DNA of 64,000 nt from the IMG/VR virus record IMGVR_UViG_3300032288_004964, positions 186,001 through 250,000 of that record, one strand, 5' to 3'. Shown here piece by piece: positions 30,908 through 42,386 of the stretch (within the stretch, counting starts at the first letter, position 1; the number at the start of each line of letters is the position of its first letter). The notes below the pieces were generated by a model that worked only from the letters and a program-made list of their open reading frames with translations, had not been told where the DNA came from and did not search any database. A program made the translations under genes and the position numbers.

Positions 30908-33900
30908 TTATCTTAGTAAAGTAACATGTCCGAATTTATCTACAACATCACCATCTGAAGTTTTGAATTTTATTCTATAAACATAAACTTCTTCTTTAGC
31001 AGGATTTCCTTTATAAAGACCATCCCATCCTTTTTTATAATCATTAGTACTGAATAGTAATGATCCCCATCTATCAAAAATCTCTAGTTGATAGAATCTC
31101 TGATCAAATCCATATGTAGTAAATACTGGTAGAAAAACATCATTCAATCCATCGTAGTTTGGAGTAAATGAATTTGGTATTGTTATATTAAAATCATTTT
31201 TAACTTCTACCCATTTAGTCATCCAATCTTTACAACCTTCTGGTGTAATTGATATTAAAGTTACTTCATACTTACCCACTTTAGGAAATACAACAATAGG
31301 ATTAACCTCATTTGAAGTAAAACTCATACTTGGTATTGACCAAGTGTAAGTGCAAGATCCTAGTATATTTGTTTTATTACTTAGTTGTAACTTTGGATCA
31401 GATATTAAAACATCATTAACTATAAAGTTAGTAACCGGCTTTGAGAAAACACTTACATTAGGAATTGATACTAAGTTAGCTACACAACCCTCAGCACTTA
31501 TGTAACTAAAATTAGCAGTATAAGTTCCATTTGATGTATAAGTATGTGATGTATATAATCCCTTAGACTCGCTACCATCATCAAATTTCCAAGAACCAAC
31601 ACCATCATTTCTATCAGTTCTAAATATAACTTGTAATGGATTACAACCTGATAATTCACTTGTTAAAACATTAACTGTTGGTGTCTCAGAAACAAATATA
31701 TTAATCATTGAACTATCTTTACAAACATTATTGATTGAGTTTGTCCAATAGATAACACGATTGTTACCAACATTGGCTAGGTTCGGATGAAACATATTAC
31801 CAATTACACCAGGACTACCTGACCAAGTATAGCCAGGATTTTGAACAAGTGAGTTAAGATTAAATGGAAATTCAGATCCTTTACAATAAGCCGATTTAGG
31901 ATATTTATCAAAATCAGCAGAGATAAACTTTTCAACACTGATAGTTGTTTGTGCATAAGCAACACAAGGACCAGCAGTGATACTATAATTAACAATGTTA
32001 TTACCATTTACACCAAATGCTGGGTTAAAGACACCATTTAGTGAAACGGCGTTATTATTAAACCCACCAAATATGCCACCAACTGGAGTTACTATTAACT
32101 GAAACGGTGTTGATGTGTTACAGATTCTATTCACACTTGTTATAATAGGAGAAGATAGTGAATAAACTTTAACCGCAACAGTTGAACTGTTAGGGCATAA
32201 CCCACTTGGTGAAGTAGATGTGCTGTGAGTTAATACAATGTTTCCAGTACCAGAAGTTGATGGATTAAATAGTGATCCAGAAATACCAGGACCAGACCAA
32301 ACACCTGATGATAAAGCATATGGTCCTAAATTTATAGCTGCGCTTGTATTACACAAATCAGGAATTTGATTTGTGATTGTAGATGGAACATAAGCTTCAA
32401 CATTAATAACTTTAGTTTGTTGAGCAAAACATGTATTTGTACCAACAACATAAGATACTTGATTAGAACCGATTGAAGCAAGACTTGGAGTAAATACGCC
32501 TGATGTTGATAGATATGAAGAAGCCACCCAGTTACCAGTATTTGGTGTGACTGATAATTGTATTGGAGAATTCATATTACAAACTGTAGGTACATTTTCT
32601 ATATTAGGCATTATAGGATTATAAACAGATACATTTATAGTTTTAGTATCTGGACATAAAGTAGAATTCGGTGTAGAAGTAGTGTTATAAGTTAATGTAT
32701 AAACACCAGTTGGTAAATTAGGATTAAGATAGTTATTACTAATATTAGGACCGTTCCAATATCCTGTAGTATTTTGAATAATGGCCATTAGATTAACTAA
32801 ACCACCATAAGAACACTGGTTGTTTACAGTACCTGTAATTATAGCTGGTCTGAAAATAGAAGGTGAAATTGAAGTAGATCCAGTATTAATACAAGGTCCT
32901 ATATTAACTGTGTAAGTAACTAATGTATTTTGAGGCGCAGAATTAGAAGGCGTTACTACACCAAGTGATGAAACAGCTTGATTTGAGCCCCAAGTACCAC
33001 CTGATGGACTAGCATTCATCACAAATGAAGAAGCATTTGTACAAAAAGGTGATATCTGTATAATACTAGGCACTAAAGTAGATGTCACTGATACATTTAG
33101 AATTGTACTTGATGGACAAACACTAGCATTTGGATTTGATTGAGTTGAATAAGTTAATTGATAATTACCAGTAGATAAACCACTTGGATTAAAGATACCA
33201 TTACTAACATTAGATCCTGTCCAAGTCCCTGTTGTGTTTTGAACTATTGTCATTAAATTAATAGTTGGGTTAGTAACACAAATAGGACTTACACTTGATG
33301 TTAAATTAGAGTTATTGAAATGATTTAACTGAAATGTTACTGAGTTAGAAGCTGAACAACTATTAGTTAAAGTTGAGTAAGTAATTAAGTTAGTTCCAAT
33401 TGTATATGTATTTGAAGTTGGTATAATAATACCATTAGGTATGTTAAAAGTACCACCAGATGGAGTAGCCTGAATAGTATAAGGATTTCCATTATCACAC
33501 ATATTAGGTATAGCAACAAATGTTGGAGTCATTGGATTTGTTACTAATAAAGACATTGTTTTTGTTTGAGGACAATTAATAACAGAAGGAGTAACTGTAA
33601 CTGAATAGGTTATAAGAGTTGAAGTACCTGGTGCCACACTTGCACTTATGATATTGTTTTGAAATGTACTACCAAATAACATAGTATTAGGAGTCCAATT
33701 GTATAAATATTGATTTGGTGAAACAACATATCCAAAACTAACACCACCAGCAATTTGTTGACCTTGACATAATGTGCTATTACCTGGTGATAAAGTCCAA
33801 GTAAAAATATGAGTAGGTACATTCAATGTTGTTGAATAAGAACAAGAACCATCAAATACATTAATGCTATAAGTACCTGCAGATAAGTTATTAAATGTAT

Positions 33901-35551
33901 AAGTTGTTAATGGTGTTGTTATTAAAGATGAAGTATATGCTAATGTGTTTGATGTAACAATAAAGTAATTTGTATTTGGCGGTGAACCAGCAGCAGGCGA
34001 TAGATTAATTGTTCCAGTGCCATTACTTCCATTCGGACAAACAGATGATGATGAAACTGAAATAGCACCCGGAGGAGAAGCCATTAGTGTATATGAGATA
34101 ACTTCATTACAATTATAAATTGATGTATAAGTTAGATTATAAACAGCACCATTTGTTGGAGATGTTACGGTATAACTTGATGCGATACCAGTTGATCCAG
34201 TTATTGCAGAATTACCAAGAAACCATTGAAAGTTAGTACCACCACCGGTTGTTAAATAAGCTTGACCATTACAGTAAGGCTTTAGAACATTCTGTGGAAT
34301 TGGTGTGCCAGATCCTACAGCAACTGTAGCTGAAGCTGTTCCACACATAGCATTACCCAAACCAGCAATAGTAACAGAATAAATACCCGCTGGTAAGTTT
34401 ACGGCAACAGATGAGTTACCAACAACAGAGTTTGATGAGTTTGTCCAGGTATAAGTATAACCTGAACCACTACCATTACCTTGTACCGTAGCAGAACCAG
34501 AAGAACCATTCAAACATGTTGTTGATGATCCAATACCAGCAATACTAATTGTTGATGTGTTTAAGGTATTGATTGACATTAATTGACAACCACCCTGAGA
34601 CATTAATTGAACTGTGTAAGTTTGACCGGGTATAGGATTTGTAACTGTTAATACAGGCATTGTTCCTTGAGGAGCAGCAATTATACCATTAGGTCCATAC
34701 CATTGATAAGTGTTATAACCTAAGGGTGCTGCGATTGTAGCAACACCTGAACCAGAACAATAAGAAACAGGTCCCGGTATTTGACCACCTGGTATTCCAC
34801 CAAGTCCTTGACCTATTAATTGACCACCACACATCGCATCAAAGAAAGTAGTACCATAGTGACCACCAAAGTTACAATCAGCAGTCCAAACTTCTATAGT
34901 AACACAACCTCCGATATAAGGTGTTAAATCGATAGCTTTTACTTGCCAGTTAGTCATCACACCAGCAGTTCCACAATTTGTGAAAGAAACATTGGCTAAT
35001 GAACCACAATTAGCGGCTAATGTCATTGAAGAGCATGAGGCAACGGTATTACCACTACAAGCATTAAGAACTCGTAAATAAAGTCCTGGTTGATCACAGC
35101 AACTATGACCACCATTTTCATAATAACCAGCAAAAGCAAATTGAAATAAAGTATTGGCTGATGTTACGTTAAATGTAGTAGCCATTTTATTTCTTGAATA
35201 ATTTGCTGTATTATCTCCAATCTTAGCAACTTGAGTGCCCCCAAAAGGAGAATTACCTAATATGAAAGAACACCCACCAGAAGAACTATTATAAGTTAAT
35301 GGTGTATTTACTATGTAGAATTCATTAGCACCTAAATTATAAGGTGTTCCTAAGTTAGCACAATTGTAACCAGCATTAGTAGCGTAGTTACCGTATAATG
35401 TCCAACTTGTTACAGCATAAGCATTACCAGATCCATTATAAGTCCCGGATGGTGTTTGTTCAAAGTTTATGTTTGTGGGACATTGAGCGTTTCCAAATAT
35501 AGTTACTAAACTAAAAAGAAAACTAATAAGTATTTTACTTAGATTCTTCAT
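30908..35551 (-). CDS. Large secreted surface protein with Ig/PKD-like repeats and a gliding-motility-associated (T9SS type B) C-terminal domain
   Basis: Sec signal peptide; PKD-like WKFDDG..SHTY; C-terminal IPNSFTPNYDGLNDVF...IFDRWG...GWDG...GHVTLLR. Confidence 0.85.
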   Translation of the reverse strand: MKNLSKILISFLFSLVTIFGNAQCPTNINFEQTPSGTYNGSGNAYAVTSWTLYGNYATNAGYNCANLGTPYNLGANEFYIVNTPLTYNSSSGGCSFILGNSPFGGTQVAKIGDNTANYSRNKMATTFNVTSANTLFQFAFAGYYENGGHSCCDQPGLYLRVLNACSGNTVASCSSMTLAANCGSLANVSFTNCGTAGVMTNWQVKAIDLTPYIGGCVTIEVWTADCNFGGHYGTTFFDAMCGGQLIGQGLGGIPGGQIPGPVSYCSGSGVATIAAPLGYNTYQWYGPNGIIAAPQGTMPVLTVTNPIPGQTYTVQLMSQGGCQLMSINTLNTSTISIAGIGSSTTCLNGSSGSATVQGNGSGSGYTYTWTNSSNSVVGNSSVAVNLPAGIYSVTIAGLGNAMCGTASATVAVGSGTPIPQNVLKPYCNGQAYLTTGGGTNFQWFLGNSAITGSTGIASSYTVTSPTNGAVYNLTYTSIYNCNEVISYTLMASPPGAISVSSSSVCPNGSNGTGTINLSPAAGSPPNTNYFIVTSNTLAYTSSLITTPLTTYTFNNLSAGTYSINVFDGSCSYSTTLNVPTHIFTWTLSPGNSTLCQGQQIAGGVSFGYVVSPNQYLYNWTPNTMLFGSTFQNNIISASVAPGTSTLITYSVTVTPSVINCPQTKTMSLLVTNPMTPTFVAIPNMCDNGNPYTIQATPSGGTFNIPNGIIIPTSNTYTIGTNLITYSTLTNSCSASNSVTFQLNHFNNSNLTSSVSPICVTNPTINLMTIVQNTTGTWTGSNVSNGIFNPSGLSTGNYQLTYSTQSNPNASVCPSSTILNVSVTSTLVPSIIQISPFCTNASSFVMNASPSGGTWGSNQAVSSLGVVTPSNSAPQNTLVTYTVNIGPCINTGSTSISPSIFRPAIITGTVNNQCSYGGLVNLMAIIQNTTGYWNGPNISNNYLNPNLPTGVYTLTYNTTSTPNSTLCPDTKTINVSVYNPIMPNIENVPTVCNMNSPIQLSVTPNTGNWVASSYLSTSGVFTPSLASIGSNQVSYVVGTNTCFAQQTKVINVEAYVPSTITNQIPDLCNTSAAINLGPYALSSGVWSGPGISGSLFNPSTSGTGNIVLTHSTSTSPSGLCPNSSTVAVKVYSLSSPIITSVNRICNTSTPFQLIVTPVGGIFGGFNNNAVSLNGVFNPAFGVNGNNIVNYSITAGPCVAYAQTTISVEKFISADFDKYPKSAYCKGSEFPFNLNSLVQNPGYTWSGSPGVIGNMFHPNLANVGNNRVIYWTNSINNVCKDSSMINIFVSETPTVNVLTSELSGCNPLQVIFRTDRNDGVGSWKFDDGSESKGLYTSHTYTSNGTYTANFSYISAEGCVANLVSIPNVSVFSKPVTNFIVNDVLISDPKLQLSNKTNILGSCTYTWSIPSMSFTSNEVNPIVVFPKVGKYEVTLISITPEGCKDWMTKWVEVKNDFNITIPNSFTPNYDGLNDVFLPVFTTYGFDQRFYQLEIFDRWGSLLFSTNDYKKGWDGLYKGNPAKEEVYVYRIKFKTSDGDVVDKFGHVTLLR

Positions 35552-35819
35552 CTTTCCTCCTAACTGTAAAAAACTTTTGATTTATGTAGTCTCTTTTAAG
35601 TTGCTTAATGTGATTCTCTAATTCTGAACCAACTACATTATTAAACTTTAGTTTTTCTCTTATTTCAGATTCATTGAACCCTTTCAAAGAGTCTATAGGA
35701 TATTTATCCATATCTGGAGTGAAGGTTTGTGACTTTATCACAAAAGGTAGTAGAATTGCGATGAATAATATTAGCCTTGCCAACTTCTCCATCTTTTTAA
35801 TTTTCATATTATTTTTCAT
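35535..35819 (-). CDS. Small exported protein
   Basis: Signal-like hydrophobic segment; directly upstream of the T9SS cargo gene. Confidence 0.5.
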   Translation of the reverse strand: MKNNMKIKKMEKLARLILFIAILLPFVIKSQTFTPDMDKYPIDSLKGFNESEIREKLKFNNVVGSELENHIKQLKRDYINQKFFTVRRKDEESK

Positions 35820-35896
35820 ACCTAAATTGATTTAGATGTTTATTTATATATTCTATGATATTATTGGACAAAGATATACACTAATCAGTGAGCAAT

Positions 35897-35924
35897 AAAA
35901 AACCCCTGATATAATCAGGGGTTT
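35897..35924 (-). terminator. Intrinsic terminator downstream of the S1-like gene
   Basis: Minus strand AAACCCCTGAT-TAT-ATCAGGGG-TTTTTT. Confidence 0.8.
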
Positions 35925-35980
35925 AGTGTTTTAGAATGTCCCACGGGTGAGTGAGTGATACTAGTTACTTAGCGAATGAA

Positions 35981-37054
35981 TTACCCTAAAGTTAAAAATA
36001 TCTTTCTATTCATTCTATCAACTGATAGAACTTTCACTTTCAACTGTTGACCAGATGTGAATCTTTTACCCAGTTTCTCCATTTCTGAAGTGTGAATAAG
36101 ACCAACAGTCTCGCTGTCTAAGTTGATAAGTGTACCAAATTGTTTGGTGTCTCTAACAACACCATCTAATACTTGGCCGTTCTTAATATTATCCCAAAGA
36201 GTTTCTCTTAAGATCTGAGTAAGAATAATCTTATCCTTAATCACTTCTTTAATATAAAACTGGATTTCAAATCCTGGTTTAATAGAAGTTAATTTCTCTT
36301 GCCACTCTGGGTCAACATTTGCTTTGTGGATCATTCCAGTCAAACACTCATTGAATTCAACGAATACTCCAAAAGGAGTTGTTCCTGTAACATGTCCATT
36401 GTAAACTTCACCACTTTGAAGTTCTTTGATTGCTGAAGGAATTAGTCCTTGTAGGTATCTGCGTCTACTTACAATATAGGTTCCTTCGTCACCTGAATAA
36501 GATTCAATCATAACCTCAAGTGTTTTACCAACAATAGAAGTTGGGTCATGAAGTTTATTGATACCAGCTAATGTGTTTGGCATAAATGCCGGTAGTGTTA
36601 CACCACCGTGTGATAACTCGATATCATAACCAGCTGGGTTAAGTGATTTGATATAAGCTGTCACTGATTGACCTTCTTCCAAAGTCATAAGATTGTGGTG
36701 AGCTCTTGATTCATAGATAGCAGCGATGCTACCTGTGATATAATAATTATCTTGGTCAATATCAAGAATTAGAACATCAATCATGTCACCAACATTAGAA
36801 TTCTTCAGATATTTAGACTCAGACAATCTGTCTTCAATTCTAATATCATCTTTGTATCCTAATACACTGAACAAGTGTTGGTCTGCTAATTTTCCGCGGT
36901 ATTTAGCAGAAACAACTCCTCCTTTTTCAGGAGATTTTGCTTCGTAAGCATCATAGAGCTTACTCATTTCAATAAATTTTGAAGTGTTTTTTGAACTTTC
37001 TTCTTCAAATAAGAAAGCTAATTCGGGATTACCCATTGTTTTTTCCATATACAT
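35981..37054 (-). CDS. rpsA: Ribosomal protein bS1-like multi-S1-domain RNA-binding protein
   Basis: Repeated S1 motifs (GEVYNGHVTGTTPFGVFVEF...GMIHK; DGVVRDTKQFGTLINL...GLIHTSE); YIVSRRRYL. Confidence 0.75.
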   Translation of the reverse strand: MYMEKTMGNPELAFLFEEESSKNTSKFIEMSKLYDAYEAKSPEKGGVVSAKYRGKLADQHLFSVLGYKDDIRIEDRLSESKYLKNSNVGDMIDVLILDIDQDNYYITGSIAAIYESRAHHNLMTLEEGQSVTAYIKSLNPAGYDIELSHGGVTLPAFMPNTLAGINKLHDPTSIVGKTLEVMIESYSGDEGTYIVSRRRYLQGLIPSAIKELQSGEVYNGHVTGTTPFGVFVEFNECLTGMIHKANVDPEWQEKLTSIKPGFEIQFYIKEVIKDKIILTQILRETLWDNIKNGQVLDGVVRDTKQFGTLINLDSETVGLIHTSEMEKLGKRFTSGQQLKVKVLSVDRMNRKIFLTLG

Positions 37055-37109
37055 AATTTTTAAAGTTACTTGGTTTGTAGTTGAAAATAATTCAGAAGTT
37101 TTAATTTAA

Positions 37110-37517
37110 TTAAAAATTATTTAATCTTTTTATTCCATTTTTCATCATATAATCTCTTACTCTAGCTGCCTCTTCAAACTTCTCTCCTTTAATAAGATTA
37201 TCTAATTTTTGATTAATGTCTTTAGTTAGTTCTTCTAAACTCTTTTCTTTTGATATTTGACTTATATCATCTAAAAATGAATCATAAAAATCATTCATTT
37301 GTGTTATATTGACAAAATATACTGGAATATTTACTGATTTATCAGAATCATCTGATATTTTTTTAAGTTTATCGCTATTTGTTAGCTTATTAATAAAATC
37401 ACTATTAAGTGCTGAATTTTCTATTAAATATTTAGCTAGATGATAAGGTCTATTCTTAAACATCTTTAGTAAGACAACTAAACTTTTATTTAATTCCTCA
37501 TTTTTATCCATAAACAT
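37110..37517 (-). CDS. Hypothetical protein with C-terminal UVR motif
   Basis: KLDNLIKGEKFEEAARVRD. Confidence 0.55.
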   Translation of the reverse strand: MFMDKNEELNKSLVVLLKMFKNRPYHLAKYLIENSALNSDFINKLTNSDKLKKISDDSDKSVNIPVYFVNITQMNDFYDSFLDDISQISKEKSLEELTKDINQKLDNLIKGEKFEEAARVRDYMMKNGIKRLNNF

Positions 37518-37540
37518 TTTATGGATTTTAATTAATAAGT

Positions 37541-38230
37541 TTAAATTTTTTCAAAGAAAAGATTAAAGTAGTAATTAAAACTATACTTGGAACTTGGTTG
37601 CTCCTGACTAAATGTTACTTTAACAGAAGAATAATCATATGCTGTCTCAGTTTGTATCTTTTTTAAAGCCGTACCCGTTTTTAAAATATCAACATTCCAA
37701 GAATTACTGTATTTTAATACATTTTGATCTCTTAAATCAATATACTTTATATACAACTCTAATTTAGAATATTTATATCTATTTAAAACATTTTTTGATA
37801 TGTAATCTTTCATTGCAAAATTAACATCATTATAAATAGTCATTCCGTTTCTAACACCTTCAAATGTTCTATTCTCCTTTAACTTAGCAAAAAGATAATT
37901 AGTAAGAATTTCATTTAGATTTATATCTAAAATCCATTTTGTATTATTATTCTTATCAAATTCAGTTTGAGCTTCATCTATTTTTATAGTATGATTAGCT
38001 AACTTATCATTACTTGAATTATAAATATAAGGTGTTAGAGTATTCTCTGTAGTTAAATCTATTTGTTCATTATTTAAATTTTGATAATAAATTAAATTAC
38101 CACTATCTATAGAAATAGAATCTTCTATTTCAAGCATTTTAGACCCAAAGAAAGAACTTTCTTCTTTCATATTGTATGTTCCATAAACCGGATTATATTT
38201 AAATTCAGGTGATATATAATGTCTTCTCAT
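37541..38230 (-). CDS. Putative virion structural protein
   Basis: Likely start ATG 38230 (MRRHYISPEF), just downstream of the previous structural gene. Confidence 0.55.
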   Translation of the reverse strand: MRRHYISPEFKYNPVYGTYNMKEESSFFGSKMLEIEDSISIDSGNLIYYQNLNNEQIDLTTENTLTPYIYNSSNDKLANHTIKIDEAQTEFDKNNNTKWILDINLNEILTNYLFAKLKENRTFEGVRNGMTIYNDVNFAMKDYISKNVLNRYKYSKLELYIKYIDLRDQNVLKYSNSWNVDILKTGTALKKIQTETAYDYSSVKVTFSQEQPSSKYSFNYYFNLFFEKI

Positions 38231-38243
38231 ATCTATTTTTATT

Positions 38244-41200
38244 TTATGATGGTAGTGGCCCTGGCGGAGGTGGAGTTGGTGGTGCTGTTGTAGTTGTAGT
38301 TGTATCAATTGATAATGTCAACTCACTTAACTCATTCATTATATTATTTGATATAAAGCTCATATTAATTGATTCTACAATATCTTCAGTTGCTCTACTA
38401 TTGGTATTTACATTTTCTAAACACTCATAGTGGTAATTAAAATCCCATGTTGATTTGAAAATAAAGAAATCTACTGTTGTATATCCAAATTCATCTAACA
38501 TTGGATATATTGATCTAAAATCATTTCTATCTTTAAGTTTTAAAATAGATTTCTTTCTATTTACTTTAGAGATTATTCTTTGTTTAACTCTACCAAAATT
38601 AGTTAATTCGGTATCAAATTTATAATTACCATATAAAGATGAAGTTATACCAGGTCTTTTGAATAAGTCTATTTCATAGAAAATAGGCATGTAATATCCA
38701 CTATGTCTATAAATGTTATTATAAACTATATTCTTAATTCCATGAGTACTTCTAGAAACCACTCTCATTGGTGGATTAGAAGCATCTGTTGCAGCCGTTG
38801 GATTTGTATTAAATTCACCCATTTTGCTTATTTTATAAGCCGGAATTAAACTATTATAGTAGTTTAACTTGCTGATATTATCTAAAATACCGCCAACTAG
38901 TGCTCTATTAGGTTTCATTAAATTTATAGGAGATAATTCCTCTTTATAGTTTAATGAGTCCACTCTTATATTTAACTCATCCGGATATTCACACTTTATC
39001 AGGTGTGTAAGTCCAGTCAAATTCTTATAGTTATAAGTTTTTGATGTACCGTCTTCACTTATAACTATATAGTTTAAATAATCAGTAAATCCATATTTAT
39101 TACTCAAGTCATTTATACAACTCATAACATTAGCAGCAGTTAATTTTACATTAACTGGACTATCTAATCCTACTGAATAAGTCATTCCAAGTTGATACAT
39201 ATTAAATCCATATAAATGGTCTCTATCTACATTTGAAATGTTTTTAATAGTGTTATCATCTATTGAAATATTTACTAATATATTTTTCCATTTTTTATTT
39301 ATATAGATGTTTATACCATTCTGTAATGTAGCATTAGATGTATTACTTTGTATAATATAGTATTTATCATTTAAATATATAACAGCATTATTTGAAGTGT
39401 TGTAAACAACATCAGTATCTGGTATTATAGAAGATACTCTACTCCAATGTTCTTTATTTGTAGGTGCTTTTGTATCAGTGCTTCCTGTAAAGTTAGAATT
39501 TATACACTTATAAACGACATCGTAATAAACAACAATATTATTTACAGAATATGTTTTATTAACATCATACAATTCAATTAATTCCCATTTACAATTATAG
39601 CTCGCATTGGATACTGTCCAATATTGGTTGACTCCTTTTTTTGTAACTTGACCTGATGATGGTCTATTAGTATTACTAGATGTTGATGATGCCCAAAAAA
39701 TTCCTTTATATAAAACAACATCACCAAGAGCGTATGTTGAATATGGATTCCATAGAGAATGTGTTGATCCTGGACTAACATATTTATAATATTCACCACT
39801 ATTATAAATAACATCATTTATTGAATAACTTCCACCTAATTCATAGTTAGGATTCCAAAGTAATGATCCGGTAACTCCTGGATGATTGTATGTTGACCAA
39901 CCAGAATATAACCAAGGACAAAATTGATTACCTAATATAGTGGTAATTGGACCAGATTGCGTTGATACTTGAAATAACATGTCATCAAAAACAACTATAG
40001 ATCCTGGGTAATATATTTCTTTATTATTCCACTCATCAACAATATACCAACTCATATCATTATCAACATTATCCGATAATAATATAGAAAATTTATAATC
40101 AGAAAATGTATTAGAAGTCTTTAAACTAATATCAGTAAGATTACCATTCTCATATTTAATATTTTCAACATCATACATTAAGAATTTAATATTTCTAAAT
40201 AAGGTAATATTTGGAGTATCTTTATCTCCTAAATTAAATTCAGAATACTTTTTAGTGTTTTTAACTATATTTCCATTATTAAAATATGTCTTCTTTCCAA
40301 AGAAATAAGAAAAATAATCAAAACTATAAGTTGCTGATGATGTACCAATAGAATATGTTCCAGTATTTAAATACTTATCTAATTCAAATCTAAAATTTGT
40401 ATTTAGATATCCATTTGTATGATCCTCAACATGTAAAGTGTGATGTATATAAGAGGAAGTAGATGAGTTAACAGTATAGAAATAATCTAAATTTCTTTCA
40501 ATCCTTGATGGAATTGGTAAAAATAAATTAGCACTTCTGTTAAAGTCTTCAAATAAATCCGAGTTATTTAAAAGGTATGGTTGATCATTTGCTGAAAGTG
40601 ATCCTTCGAATCCCCATCTAGAATAAACCGCATTTTTTCTCCATATTTCTGTTAAATCATTATTAACAATTCTAAATGTTTCAAGACCTGATGTATATTC
40701 AGATGCTGATGGTATATTAATAACATCTCCATTGTAAACATAGTCATCATAATCATTAGGAAATGACTTACTTCTTAAGTCAGGAAAATACATTTTAGTC
40801 TCATCAGTATCTGTAAGTGAGGTTGATTTTTCATATTCATATTTAGAATACTCAGTGTCTATTATTGCGGTATCAAAATCTTTAATGTCTAAAAAGTTAA
40901 GTCTGTATATTTTAAAGTTTTTAGGTACATTATTAAAATCAACGGTTAAGTCAACCTTTTTTGTATATGATGTATCTGACTGATTTATATAATATTTATA
41001 ACTATCTATTGTGAATTCAAAAGCATAATCAGTGTTAACTTTTAATTTACCACCATCATTAATAATATTGTGCATTTTACTATCAATCTCAATTAACCAA
41101 ACATCGACATCATCAAATCCATCAATAGTAAATGATGAATAATCTGAATATTTAATTATATGATTTGTACTATCAAATAAACAAATATTCTTGTTAATGT

Positions 41201-42386
41201 AAGATTCTTTACCATAAAGGCTAATATTACTTACAATTTTATAAGTATATAACTCAGGTTGAGTAAATTGTTCAACAGTTACTGGATTTTTAGTATTACT
41301 AGTAAATTTTTTAACAGTTGGTACTTTTGTTTTAGTAAGGGGTTGTTTTACTTTATACTGCTCTACTTTATAGAAATTACCTAAATATTCAACATAATAA
41401 TATCTATCACCAAATGTGTCTTCACTTTTTTTATCATTAAATGGATAGTTTCCAGTAGATAATGATTTAATATTATTATTTGAATCAATATAAATATCAG
41501 ATTTTAATTGAATAGGTATATAAGGAGATATTGAAGTAACCAATTCTATATCTTTTAAATAAAATCCAAAATATCTATTTAAACTCCATTTTCTTAGTGA
41601 TGTTGGAGTTGCGGGTGTATCATCAAATAAAAATGAAAAATTAATAATATTAGGAAATACTACTTTATTTCTTTGATATCCATCAAATACAAACTTTTCT
41701 AAATCAAAAATAGGATTTTCATATTCTAAAGTTTCATTTAAAAAAGCTGATTTGTAAGAATAACCACCTGTTGTAAAATCTATACCATACCATCTAGTAA
41801 ATTCATCTCTTCTGAAATCAACTTCTAATGGAGTGTCTGGGAATAAGGTATTTTTTGTAAAGTTTTTTTCAACCCATTGACCAAGTAATGTATTTCTTGT
41901 TAGGTCAAATATTTTAATACATTTTAATTTATTAATTATTTCAGATTTAAAATTATCTTTATTTAGATTAATTAATCCCGGTCCATCAGCTCTGAATATT
42001 ATAAAATATTTAGGGAATTTACTTTTAGTGAAATAAATTGGTGCAAAAAATTCAAATTCTTCTGTATAACTTTTATTATTATCAATGTTTCTAGCACCCA
42101 TTTGATATAAATCATCATATTGATTCTCAAAAGTAGTGAATTGATTATCATTATCATCTTCATATTTAATATGAAATGCTATTTCAGCAGGTAGATTCTT
42201 ATAAAAGAAAGAAAAAAACTCATCAAAATAATTATCTTTATTGAATCTAACTCTTTTAAATTTAGATGCAGACAATTCAGTAGCAGAGTCAATACTCTCC
42301 ATGAATAATCCATAGTTTGAGTCAACAACTATTTTTAGATTGGTTGTTAGACCTACATTTGTTTTAAGTATAGAAAAACTATCCAT
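38244..42386 (-). CDS. Large virion structural protein with CBM5/12-like aromatic repeats and a Thr/Pro-rich tail
   Basis: 1380 aa; WxxxxxYxxGxxVxYxxxxY repeats; C-terminal TTTTTTAPPTPPPPGPLPS. Confidence 0.55.
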   Translation of the reverse strand: MDSFSILKTNVGLTTNLKIVVDSNYGLFMESIDSATELSASKFKRVRFNKDNYFDEFFSFFYKNLPAEIAFHIKYEDDNDNQFTTFENQYDDLYQMGARNIDNNKSYTEEFEFFAPIYFTKSKFPKYFIIFRADGPGLINLNKDNFKSEIINKLKCIKIFDLTRNTLLGQWVEKNFTKNTLFPDTPLEVDFRRDEFTRWYGIDFTTGGYSYKSAFLNETLEYENPIFDLEKFVFDGYQRNKVVFPNIINFSFLFDDTPATPTSLRKWSLNRYFGFYLKDIELVTSISPYIPIQLKSDIYIDSNNNIKSLSTGNYPFNDKKSEDTFGDRYYYVEYLGNFYKVEQYKVKQPLTKTKVPTVKKFTSNTKNPVTVEQFTQPELYTYKIVSNISLYGKESYINKNICLFDSTNHIIKYSDYSSFTIDGFDDVDVWLIEIDSKMHNIINDGGKLKVNTDYAFEFTIDSYKYYINQSDTSYTKKVDLTVDFNNVPKNFKIYRLNFLDIKDFDTAIIDTEYSKYEYEKSTSLTDTDETKMYFPDLRSKSFPNDYDDYVYNGDVINIPSASEYTSGLETFRIVNNDLTEIWRKNAVYSRWGFEGSLSANDQPYLLNNSDLFEDFNRSANLFLPIPSRIERNLDYFYTVNSSTSSYIHHTLHVEDHTNGYLNTNFRFELDKYLNTGTYSIGTSSATYSFDYFSYFFGKKTYFNNGNIVKNTKKYSEFNLGDKDTPNITLFRNIKFLMYDVENIKYENGNLTDISLKTSNTFSDYKFSILLSDNVDNDMSWYIVDEWNNKEIYYPGSIVVFDDMLFQVSTQSGPITTILGNQFCPWLYSGWSTYNHPGVTGSLLWNPNYELGGSYSINDVIYNSGEYYKYVSPGSTHSLWNPYSTYALGDVVLYKGIFWASSTSSNTNRPSSGQVTKKGVNQYWTVSNASYNCKWELIELYDVNKTYSVNNIVVYYDVVYKCINSNFTGSTDTKAPTNKEHWSRVSSIIPDTDVVYNTSNNAVIYLNDKYYIIQSNTSNATLQNGINIYINKKWKNILVNISIDDNTIKNISNVDRDHLYGFNMYQLGMTYSVGLDSPVNVKLTAANVMSCINDLSNKYGFTDYLNYIVISEDGTSKTYNYKNLTGLTHLIKCEYPDELNIRVDSLNYKEELSPINLMKPNRALVGGILDNISKLNYYNSLIPAYKISKMGEFNTNPTAATDASNPPMRVVSRSTHGIKNIVYNNIYRHSGYYMPIFYEIDLFKRPGITSSLYGNYKFDTELTNFGRVKQRIISKVNRKKSILKLKDRNDFRSIYPMLDEFGYTTVDFFIFKSTWDFNYHYECLENVNTNSRATEDIVESINMSFISNNIMNELSELTLSIDTTTTTTAPPTPPPPGPLPS

